A stretch of DNA of 64,000 nucleotides from Reclinomonas americana ATCC 50394 (lineage: Eukaryota): the NCBI GenBank assembly GCA_048213135.1, contig PS015034.1, positions 74,054 to 138,053 on the forward strand. The letters run 5' to 3'. The position numbers and the translations under genes are program-made. Of this stretch, positions 23,794 through 35,127 are shown piece after piece. How positions within the stretch are numbered: position 1 is the first letter of the stretch; every line of letters starts with the position of its first letter. Below the pieces are notes generated by a model. It did not search any database and was not told the DNA's origin. It saw only the letters and a list, made by a program, of their open reading frames with translations.

Positions 23794-25816
23794 CTATCTT
23801 GCCGCACACGCAGCCGCCGACGCTCGTGTCGCTGCTGGTGCTGACGGTGGTGGTGCACCGATGCTGCTGACCACCGACAGCGTCACCGACGAGTCTTGGT
23901 CCTGGTCCGCCGCCTCCCACCACATTTGAATCATTTCGTCCGACGGCACCGCCGGCACAGGTCCCACTCCATATTGATTCGTCACCGCGACGCAGTCATT
24001 CATCCACATCGTCACGCGTGACACCAGCTCCTGCCACAGGGCACGCAGGGTCGACTGGCGCGCCGCTCGCATATTGGCGTCGACGCGCGGATCAGCTGAA
24101 CCCATAATGGCCGCCGCACTGGCGGCAGCCGCCGCGGCACCGGGGCGACGCTGCTGCTGCTGTTGTGGTGGTGGTGGTGGTCTCTCTCCGTCAACCACGA
24201 TTCCCGACGGTCCAGCACCTGGCCTTCTTTGTGGCTGCTGTTGTTGCTGTTGTGGTTGTTGTTGTTGTTGTGCACTACCCTCTGCCTCGTCGGCTCCTCC
24301 ATCAGTCCACCCAGGCGCACTACACCTCAACTTGTGCACCATCAGGTTGTGCGTCGTCAGTGCCATTGACTGCGTCGAAGACGGTGAGTCATTCTCTCCC
24401 TGTAAGAGCAAGATAACAAATCAAGACGCAACAGGTCGGAAGGCCTTCGGGAGCAGGCGCTGCAGTTTTTGCAGCACCGACTCGGCCATTTGTGCGGCAG
24501 TGGCGGGCGCCGCCGCCACCAGCTCCGCCGCCTGCACGGCAGTCATGACGGGCGACGAGAAGGCCGAATCAGCCGGCGACGAGCCAAACGCCAGCGACAC
24601 CGACAAGCTGGAGCCCGGCATGGTCTGCGTGGACGAAGCCGCCGCCGACGTCGTCAGCAGGTGGGTAGTGGTACCGGTGCCCGACATGCGGCGGTCGCGG
24701 GCCTCCGCCGGCAACGCAAACGAATCGGTACGCTCCGACACATCGGCCGGCTCCACCGGCGCCGACGCCGACAGAGTGTTGGTGCCACCATCCGACGGTC
24801 CAATGCTGCGGTCGGCAGCCACCACGGCCAGTGCCGGCGATGGCTTGTACACACCTTGGTGTGCGTAGTCGGCCGGCGTGGCCGGGCAACCCAACGGCAT
24901 CATCACCGTGGGCGCACTCGGCGACAGCGGCGAGGCCTTGGTCGGNNNNNNNNNNNNNNNNNNNNCGTCTTTTGTGGTGACGGCGACGAGGCACTCAGCG
25001 TAATGGCCGCCGCAGCGTGCAGTGCACTCTCCGTGGCCGACGACACGCGCTGATGTACGTGCGGATGTCTTGCGGGTGTGACAGCGGGCGACGGCGACGT
25101 GGCTCCGACAGCCACCGCAGCGACAGCGGCCGCCATGGCCGCCGCCGCCGGCGCCATCGAGTCAGCCTCGGGATCCGCGTCCCACACCTCCTCCTCGTCG
25201 TCACCATCGGCCTCGGTCGCATCCTCATCGGGCACGCGCGGCACATCCACATCTGCCGCCGCTGCGACAGCAGCANNNNNNNNNNNNNNNNNNNNGCAGC
25301 AGCAGAACGCGGGGCCGGCGGCCGCTCCTCTTCCGACTCGGGCACATACGCATTCGTCGTGGTCCTTCTCGCCACATCCACACTATGCCGCGGCGGCTGC
25401 GCAATGGCCTGCAGCAGCGCCGGATGCCAGTCGGCAAACAGCGGCGTGGAACTCGAGCGCGAATGCATCGCCGCCGAGGTCGCCGGACACATGGCCACTC
25501 CCATTGCCGCCGCGCCACTGCCACTCCCAATGCTCTGCTGCAAATGATACGGCGACGCTGGTGGCTTTCTACTCGCCAACACATGCTGCTGCTGCTGCTG
25601 CTGCTGTCTATGATACGCATGATAAGCGGCCGCGGCCGCAGAGGGCGGCGATGACGGCAGCACTGTTTTTGAAGGTGTTGTTGTCAGAGGTGGTTTCTTG
25701 CTTGGTCGCTGATTGTTGGCGGCCTCACACAGGCCGGCCATGGCCTCGGCAATGGATGAGGAGGCATTGGAGTCTCCACTCGCCGTCGGGCGATGAAGGA
25801 ATCGGCGCGCCAACAT
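23794..25816 (-). CDS. Hypothetical low-complexity (Ala/Ser/Pro/Gln-rich) protein
   Basis: Long open frames across two small gaps and one probable intron (~24400-24440). Short globular-looking C-terminal part (LRALWQELVSRVTMWMNDC...MWWEAAD). Start is uncertain. Confidence 0.55.
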
Positions 25817-26605
25817 CGGGCGGCTATGATGCGGCGAGTGAGTGAGAGAATGTGTGTGTGAGAGAGAGATGGATAGAGAGAGGTGGAAAAGAGGAAGGGA
25901 GAGTGTGGAGGGACGAGGAAGGAGGAGAGAGAGAGGCCCCGTTTGGCAAGCATAACGGGTAGTGTGCGTGATCTTTCACGGCGCGGGAATATGCGAAAGT
26001 GTCAGAGCGCGCGCGTGTGTGAGAGAGAGGAGAGGAGGTGAGAGGAGGTGAGGAGAGTGAGCGAGTGCGCGTGTGTGAGAGTGCGTGCTGACGATTGGCG
26101 CGCACTTCACGAAAAAGGATATCCGGTTCCGCCGGGTACTCACACAAAAGACACGCGAGGAGAAGGAATGCACACACGCGCATCAGCCACGCGCGTGCGC
26201 CACATGAAAGAGCAGTGCGTGCACGCGAGTGTGAGCAGTGTGTCGCTACAATGAAAAAAAGTGTGTGAGAAGTCACGAGATGTCTCATCACCACGCGTGT
26301 GCGACGAAAATAACTTCTCTCAAGTGCGCGCGCGCGAAAACACCGCGTGTGCGTGTGTGTGCTGAGTCGCGACTCACCAGTAGAGACGCGAAGGTTCGTG
26401 TGTCGTGCGTTCGTGAAACGAAGAATCTTTGGGTCACCGTTGGCGTGAATGGAATTGCGCGATCGGAGGTAACCCCTTCATGAGAAACACAATGCGACAC
26501 ACGCGCATGTGGTAGAGAGGCTCGACGCTGCGGGTCGATCACAAAATAGGCGAGTTGTCTGTCCTTTGTCTTCATTCACGATTTGCTGCAGATCTCTCAT
26601 GATCG

Positions 26606-27357
26606 ATGGACGGATGGTGCCCTCTCACTCCAGCAGAGTACGCGTGGCCGACTACCGCCAGTAGCCTCCCGGACGGAGCCCCTGCTTCACCCTCCAAGGA
26701 CCAATCCAACCTCCATGAGCCTCCATTATACCCACCCTCAAGGCTTGTGCTGGCGACGATCGAGACACGGAGCGTGATCGAGGACGAGTCTGGCCATGGA
26801 ACGACCGCGGTGGCGACGAGCGAGTGGTGGTGCCACCCCGTGCATGTGACCGATGCCTGGCCCAACGCCGTCGACGTGAAGTCTGCGGACGACGCCTGGT
26901 CGAACGCCGCACGTTGCCTTGCCGACGGAACCTCTGCATCACCAGCCACTGAACGATCAACCCTTCGTGAGTCCTCATTATACCCACCCCCCCCAGGCAG
27001 GAGACGATGATCAAGACGTGGAACGAGACACTGTGCCGCCATCGGTACAACGCAACAATGGACGGATGGTTCCTCCCCTCTGCAGAGAACGCCTGGCCGA
27101 CTGCCCCCCGCAACAGTTACCCTCCGGACGGAGCTCCTGCTTCAACCTCCAAGGACCAATCAACTCTCCGTGAGCCTCCAATATACCCACCCTCAAGGCT
27201 TACGCAGACGGCGATCGAGACACGGAGCAAGACGCAAGACGAGTCTGGAACGACTGCGAAGACAGACGGACTGCTTTCATGTGACCGCCCGCCGCAACAA
27301 CGCCGCAGCCTTCGGGCCACTGACCCCAAGCGTCGTTTTTGCGCACTTGCGTTCTAA
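26606..27357 (+). other. Three diverged ~200-230 nt repeat units; hypothetical repeat-protein ORF or pseudogene broken at a C8 run
   Basis: The motif AW...DG.PAS..KDQS.L.EPP.YPP.R occurs three times. ORFs 26606-27010 and 27007-27357 join if the C run at 26987-26994 changes length. Confidence 0.45.
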
Positions 27358-27630
27358 GCGCTAGCAACAGCGCCCATGCTGAAACATTTTGCGCCACGAA
27401 ATCCTTTTGAGGCCATCACGCGTTTGATTGGCTTTGTCTCCTGAAAGGGAAGATGTCTGTTGGAGAAGATTTATCTAGTGTTGATTATTGTTGGTGTGCC
27501 AATGGTCATCGTCGGCAAGGGATTTGTGGACATTTGTCGCATTATTGTGGTGAAAGAAGTGTTTCTCTTTCTCACTTGCAATTGTCACTCATCCTCGTCG
27601 CCTCAAAGAACACCTCCACAAAACGTCTGA

Positions 27631-27702
27631 GCCTGCGTAGCATAGTGGTATTGCGTCGCACTCGTAATGCGAAGGTCGGGTGTTCAATTCACCCCGCAGG
27701 CA
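27631..27702 (+). tRNA. tRNA-Thr(CGT)
   Basis: Acceptor stem GCCTGCG/CGCAGGC; anticodon stem TCGCA/TGCGA with loop CTCGTAA; T arm GGGTG-TTCAATT-CACCC; TTTT terminator a few nt downstream. Confidence 0.95.
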
Positions 27703-27996
27703 TCGACTTTTGCTCCCCATGACGCCACGCACTCCGAAGAGCTCTCGACCCTTCTCCACCCTCAAGAAACAACGTCCTCCCTCTTCTTTCATTTTTCTTT
27801 TTTTGTTGTGGTCCATTCACGCGCGCTGTCATCATCTCCGCCGCCAAATGTGCGGTGGTGATAAGCCGCACAAACTGCAAGCTGCGCGGGAAGCTGCATG
27901 AGTTTTGCGCGGGAACCGATCATGCATGCGAATGGCTGGCTGCCAGTGCTGCGGTGAAGGAAAAGAGAAACAAGTGACGCCACAGTGCACCTTCAA

Positions 27997-30900
27997 TCAT
28001 ATCTTCAACCCCGACGTGCAGTCCCCACTCGTCGCACACGCCGTTGCCGTCGACGTGGCCACCACGACGCTCTTCGGCACACACTGCTTTGTTGACGCAG
28101 TGAATGTCCACGAGCCGCATGCGGATAATTGGGAGCACCACAACGAGCATGCTTGTGGTCCGGTTGTGGTGGTGATGGCCCACGTGAGATCGCCACCAGG
28201 TCGATCTGAATGCCAACAACCACCAACTCATCAGCACAACTCTCATCACTGCAACAACATTCCAGCTACTCACCCGTTCTAGTCTGGAAGCCGCTGCTGT
28301 CATATGCCGCCGCACTCGTCTTGCGTCCCGATACCAAGCAGAAATGCGAGCCACACACGTTGCTGGTCTCTGCATTGGCTGCGGTTGCTGGCACGTTACT
28401 CTGCATGAAATAAGAAGGTGAGCTCGCCATTTCCTCACGGACTCCCTTCTTCGATCTCCGATTACGTACCCTCAGCGTGCACACACTCACGCCAAGTGTG
28501 TTTGAGGCCGCAGCAGCATCCAGAAATGTCCACGATCGACATTGTGTGGAATCGTCGCACGCCTCGCAGCATGCCACCTCGCTTCGAACAGAGACGATGG
28601 TGGCCAAGATGGTGCCGCCGGGTCGATCCACAGCCTCGAACTGACACACTTCCAGCGCGGCTGCTCGGTATGGCGAAGAGTGAGACGACAGATGACGATG
28701 GTACACCTGAGCTGACAAGGCAACGCAACGGGCCACGACGCCGTTCTGCGGCACTGTTGAACAACCCGCATTTGATGCTGTATTCACGCACGGCAATCAT
28801 TGTCAGCAAATGCCCATTTATCTTTAACTTTTTGCACAGAGAGAGAGAGAGAGAGAGAGAGATCAGCAAGTAAAAACAAGGTGACCTTCCGTTGCCCTCG
28901 CAAGAGCCACTTCGACACAGAGACAGAGAGAGAATACTGAACAGAATACAGAGTCTCCCTTTGTTGCAACTAGATGCACACCCGCACGCAGAATTCGTAT
29001 TCTTGTGTCTCCTCACCATTGCTGTCTTGCCTTCACCATAACACTTCCGATCTCCGCTCTTCTCTCTATTCTAATACTTCGCCCAGTACCCTTTCCTCCA
29101 AATTCCCCCCTTACCATCTCCTCCCCCTTTCCCCTTTCCCTCTCTTCCTCCTTTCCTTCTTTTCCCTCTCTTCTCCCCTTTCCTTCTCTTCCCCTTTTTA
29201 TCTCTTCCTCCTTCCCTTCTCTTCCCTGTTTCCATCCCTTCCTCCTTTCCCTCTCTTCCCCCTCTTCCCCCTTCCCCTGTCTACCCTCCCTTCCCTTCCT
29301 CATTACACACCATACACAATCATGAACTGCTTGGTGTACGTCAGCGCGCCATCGCTCACTTGCACAAACACTTGCAGTCGCCGACTCAGCGGCGGAGCCA
29401 CCGACAGCGTCAGCTGATTGCCACCAACCAGACTGAACATAGCCGCATGCACGCCACCCACAATGCTAAACGTCGCCGTCTGTCCCGTGTTGAGATCCAC
29501 CATGCTCAGTGTGCCCACCGTGAATGGCACCGTCGCACTCGAGTATGTCTGCGAGCCCGATAGCAGAATGTCGCTCGGTGCCACACTCCCTGCACATTCA
29601 CACAGACACAGTTCAGCTCTCTTTTCTCGGTCTCCACTCTCTCTCTCTCCTCTCCCTCTTCACTTTATCTCCCTCTCCCTCTTCACTTTATCTCCCTCTT
29701 CCTCTCAATCTCTCCATCTCCGCTCTCCATCTCCCCTATCTCTCAGCATCCTCTCTCTCCCCTACCTTCTCCCTTCTCCCTCTTCCCCCCGCCCTCACCC
29801 TCTCCTCTCCCTCCGCCCTCTCTCTATCTCTCTTTCTCTCTCTCTCTCTCTGTTCCTCCCCCTTTCCCTTTCCCTTCCCTCTCCCTCTCCTTTTCCCTCC
29901 CCCTCTCCTTTCCCCTCCCCCTCTCCCTGCCACCCCTTTCACTCACCAATCGCAAAGGCCGACAAAGCAACATACGCGCTAGTTGATGCCCATCGCGTGC
30001 ACAGCTCGTACGTGCCACCAGTCGCACCCGCCGCGCCAATCGTCAGTGTGATGCTGTTCGAATTGGTGAATGCACTGCTAATGCTAGTGCTGGCGACGGC
30101 CGTCGGCGGTGTCGTCGCGCCGCATCGGGGGGTCGCGAGCACGTAGGCTGATGCATCCGCCGAGTTGTTCAGCAGCCCGTATCCCGCCACCGTCACCAGC
30201 TGGCCCGCCAGTGGCGACACGAAGGTGGCCGACAGTGATGTCACGGTGAGCACTGCATTGTGGGCAAAGGCAATCAGCATCATCAGGTGCCGCCACATTC
30301 ATGCACATACCCTCTCAATCATCACTCACCGGCCGTCACACTGAACGTCTTGTCGACAAACATGGGCGGTGTGCCGTTGTCAAACGAGCGAATCGAGACA
30401 ACCAGCGGACTCCCCACCTGTCCCGCAGATGGCATCTGCAGCTGTGCGCCGCCACCACTCAGAGAGAACACATTGCTGTTCGCTCCGCCAGTGATAATGT
30501 ATGTGTACGACTGGCCTCCGTCACTGTCGCTCGTGCTCATCGTGCACACAGGCATGTTGGCCGTCGACGGCGCAACATAGGTGGTGGTCGAGCACACAAT
30601 ATCGGTCGGCGTCGAGTTGGAAGTGGTGAAGGACGTGGTAGAGCCGGTGAGAGTGCTGGGCACGGTGGAGGTGGAGAGGGCACGGAAGTAGTACGTCCAG
30701 TTGGCGGCGAGCGATGTCAGTGACGCAGTCAGGGCGGTGCTGGAGGCAACGCCGGAGGTGGCCGGTGTGGCCGAGACGATGACGGAGCCGATGGTGAGTC
30801 GGCGGATGGTATAGCCATTGATTTCTGAGATGACGAACTCTGAGGAAACAGCACAGCATCGCTGTTGCACAAGACACTCGCACCTGCAATACACAATGTC

Positions 30901-33900
30901 GACGACGCGGCATCATATGCCATGAAAATCTGCATACAATGTACACAATTAGCTCACGTGTACAGCCGCATATGCACGCAATGGACGGAGCTAACCGGAC
31001 TGTTCAACCGAGCAGTGGTGAGCGGGCTTCCATCCGCCGATCCAACAACTCCCGCTGCACCTGCTATGGTTGTCACAGCACCGGTGCTTACAACGATTTG
31101 CCGAATTATGTGACTACCCCTCTTCTCGGATCGCGTTGGATAAGAACACGCGAAATAAAGGAACTATGCACGAAACGCAACATCGGAGACGTAAAAAACG
31201 CCTCGACCTCGATCTAGCTGGATGCCGATAGGCGTGTTGAACAGAGCGGCAGTGCCTGTACCATCTGTCGAGCCTGCAGCGCCGGTAAGCGAACCGGCCA
31301 GAGTCGACACAGTCATCGCCAGCATGTCAATTGCACGAATGTTGTGGCGCAGTCGGTCAGCTGCTCATTTCACGGGTGTGAGAGCGTATCACTTACGTCG
31401 GTGACCAATATGACGCGGAGATTAGTGTACACACCGACATAGAGTCGATTGGCCGTCGCGTCCACAACCAAGCCAGTCGGCCCATCAAACCGGGCTGTTG
31501 TTGCGCACGCTCCATCAACCATTCCCGACGACCCCATCGTACCGCAGTAGGTGGTGACTTCGCCGCCGTATGTGACCTACGAGAGGCAATCTAAGTTGCG
31601 CACTACACAAGGAACAATCGACGCAAGTGCGTGTACGCACCTTCCTGACCGCAGAGTTGCTCAAGTCACCTACGTACATCACTTTGTTGGCCGCATCCAC
31701 CACGATACCGTGCGGTTGGTTAAACCGCGCACTCGAACCCATGCCATCCGCAGCGCCTGCCGACCCATTACCAGCCAGCGTTGACAAAAACCCGGAAGGA
31801 GTACTCACGCGGATTGTGTAGTTCCACAACTACACAGTCTGAAGTTGAGAAACGAAGCAGTACTCGCTGAACGAGACTAACGCAACATCAGCAATGTACA
31901 TGTATCCGGTCGTCGAGTCAATTGACAGATCGGTGGGCTTGTTGAACTGAGCAGCAGTGCCGATTCCGTCGACCAGGCCCCACATTCCCGCCGTTCCCAG
32001 AAACGTCGACACCACACCTCCACTCGTCACTCGTCGAACTGTGTGGTTTTGCTGATCACACACAAATGCCGTGCCCGATGCGTCGATCGCAATACTCTGC
32101 CAGTCACCTCAATAGTGAGAAAAACCAGCTCGTGACAAGTGGGATGAGAACTCACAATCGGTCTGTTAAAACGAGCAGCAGTCCCCGTGCCATCTGTTGT
32201 TCCAGCCATGCCTGCTGAACCCAACCACGTTGACATCGCTGGCGTGATACCGAACGCAGCCGCAGTGGGCGCCCATTCAAACGAGTTGCTCATTGTCGAG
32301 GCCGCCACAGAGTTGCCCACCATAGCATTCAATGTCGCCGACGATGCTGTCACACTGTTGGCCGCAAGCGTGGCCAACGATTGGGTTGCTGTGATGCATC
32401 AACAAGGAAGAGAAGCACAGTGAATGACCAGCAATGTAAACAGGTGAATGAAGCGGAGAATGCAAAGAAGGAAGATGAGGAAGAAGAAGAACGAGAGGGA
32501 GGAGGAGGGGGAGGAGGAGGGGGAGTGAAAGCAGAGAACGGCAGACATCGCCTCACCTGTGGTGATGGTGAATGCCTTGTCGAAGAACAGCGGCGGCGAT
32601 CCATTGTCCGTCGACCGTATTGTCACCGCAAGCGAGCTGCCCACCTGCCCCGCCGCCACAATCACCAGCGACTGCCCGCTGATCGAAAACACCGCACTAT
32701 TGGCGCCACCGACAATCGAGTACGTGAACGACTGGCCTGCATTCGCGTCCGTCGTCTGCAGCGCACACACGACTTGATTCGCCACCGACGGCGACACATA
32801 CGTCGTCGACGAGCAGCTAATGTCGGTCGGAGCCACATTGGTGGTGGTGGTGACTGACACGGTCGCGCCGCTGATCGTGCTAGGCGTGGAGGTGACACCG
32901 ACAGCCCGCAAATAGTACGTCCAGTTGCTCACCAATCCAGTCAACGAGGCGGTGATCGAGGTGGCAACAGAGCCAGTAGCGGTGGCAGGTGTGGCCGACA
33001 CCAACTGGGATGACAGCGAGAGGCGACGGATAATGTGCGTGGTGTAATCGGCAACCAGCATAGATGCAGTCGATGCATCGAAGGCGACGTGGACAGGCGA
33101 GTTGAAGCGTGCCACGGTCAGAGCGCTGCCGTTGGCTGAGCCACTCACACCCGCCGCGCCGCCAATTGTCGACACTGACGAGTCTGACACACGAAGTTGC
33201 CGCACGGTGTTGTTGGTAGACTGAGACACTCAAGCAGTCAGAATCGAATGCAGAGGGTGTGGAGTATGGGACACGCTCAACATCGGCAACATAGATGACG
33301 TTGTTTCCTGCGTCGTATCCCAGTCCAACAGGTGTATTGAACCGAGCAGCCGTTCCTGGTGCGCATCGATAAGCACGAAAGCAATCGATCACACTGAGTT
33401 GCACACGATGATAAACTCACCGGTGGCATCCGTGGATCCAGATGCGCCGCTCGTCGAACCCGCCACCGTCGTCACCGTCATCCCCACAGTGTCAATGGCT
33501 CGGATGGAGTTGTTCACGCGGTCGACTGCACTCACGCATAACCAAGCAGAAGGCGCAGATGAGAATGAGAAATGCGCTGTGACTCTCCTCGTTCTCAGCT
33601 CACCAACATACAGCGTGGATCCGACGAGCAGCACGCCATTAGGACCACCGAATCGCGCCGCTCCCGCACACGCACCATCGGCAGTACCACTCATGCCCGC
33701 CGTGCCGCAAAAGGTCGTCACCGCACCAGCATAGGTCACTCGCCGAATGGCGTTGTTGAGCCAGTCGCCCACAAACACCACTTGGTTCGTGGCATCCACC
33801 GCCACACCCATCGGCTGATTGAAAGAGGCGGCCGCACCCGAGGCATTGGCACTCCCCGATGCCCCATTGCCTGCCAGCGTGGTGACCACGGCCGCCGGTG

Positions 33901-34090
33901 TGACGGCGCGAACGGCGTGGTTCGTCAACTATGGGAGAGAGACGCACAGAGTTAGCAGAATGCATCAAGCAGTGTGATCATGTATGCCTCTACATACTCA
34001 CATCGGCGACATACATCGTTCCCGTGGTTTGGTCGATGGCGAGGCCGGCAACACTGTGAGCGTGCTGGATGAGTGAAGGAGAGAGAGAGA

Positions 34091-34145
<55 letters not shown>

Positions 34146-35043
34146 GAGTACGGTACGTACGTTACGTTTACGTACGTCGTCGTCGTCCGTCCTACCGTCC
34201 GTCGTCCGTACCGTACCGTCCCGGACCGGGACCGGGACCCGGTACCGGTACCGGGTTCGGTCCGGTACCGGANNNNNNNNNNNNNNNNNNNNGAGAGAGA
34301 GAGAGAGAGCACATGGACGCACTTTTTGAACTGCGCTGCCACTCCTGTGCCATCCGCGAGGCCGCACGTGGTGCCAGCAAAGGTTGTCACCGTTGCTGCA
34401 GGCGTGATGCGCCGAATGCGACAGTTGCTGTCATTGCACGTGCAGGAGTGAGAGAGGAGAGACGAATCAACAATCGACAGACAACGACGAGGGAAGAGTG
34501 CATGCATTACAAACCCGTAATCGCCGACATACACGTTGCCGCCAGCGTCAAAGACCAGTCCCTGTCGAGGTATCTGTTAGTACATCACACAGGACATGCA
34601 GAAGGGGCAGCTGCGGCCACACCATTGGATTTGTGAATCGCGCACTGGCCCCAACGCCATTGGTGGTTCCCGATGAGCTCGCCGTGCCCGCAAAAGTGGA
34701 GACAGTGGCAGAGGAGGCACCAATGGCCGGTGCATAGGGTGACCACTCGAACGAGTTGGTGGTGCCGCCGGCGATGTTATTGGGATTGACCCACGCATTG
34801 AGAGTGGCCGTCGAGCCAGTGATGTTGTTGGCGACAGCGGTGGTCACTGTCTGCGCGTCTACGTGGAGAGCAACAGGTGACACGTGAGTGGGCGTGTCCT
34901 CGCTGCGCTCGCTCACAAGCAACGCGCGAAGCGCAACTTGCAGCGACGGCGAGCAAGTGAACGAGCAAGAGGACGACAGCAGTCGCGCAAAAGTACCCTC
35001 GAGTGACAGTGAGTCGAACAGTGCGAGAGGTAGGAGAAATCAT
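27997..35043 (-). CDS. Large secreted multidomain protein, copy 1: signal peptide, 2x [FN3-like domain with NHL propeller + cadherin-like domain], IPT/Ig-like, cadherin-like, 2x PAN/apple
   Basis: Hydrophobic N-terminus (AVVLLLVHLLAVAA); NHL repeats (AARFNxPxG...YVAD..N..IR); cadherin-like APTDI...D...FTYSIVGG...F.I.G...IRSTD.G; PAN motifs DRPGG...CC..C...C.SWTF. A phase-1 intron at 28778-29310 joins the PAN exons. Confidence 0.85.
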
Positions 35044-35127
35044 GCGCTGCCATGAAAACATGAAACAGAGACCAAGGAAATGGAAACGGTTGAAACTCCA
35101 ATTTGGCGCCAGAATTATCAACAATGC

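Noticed and set aside
26112-26122. ATATCCTTT on the minus strand resembling a U12 AT-AC donor
   Set aside because: No CCTTAAC-type branch site or frame-consistent exon pair was found. The site lies in a presumptive promoter/UTR.
34141-34272. Striking TACG/GTCC/CCGG quasi-periodic, palindrome-like sequence
   Set aside because: It follows a long (GA)n run, ends at a gap, and cycles in T-A-C-G order, which is typical of out-of-phase pyrosequencing read ends. The paralogous site (~41198-41213) degrades in the same way. Treated as an artefact.
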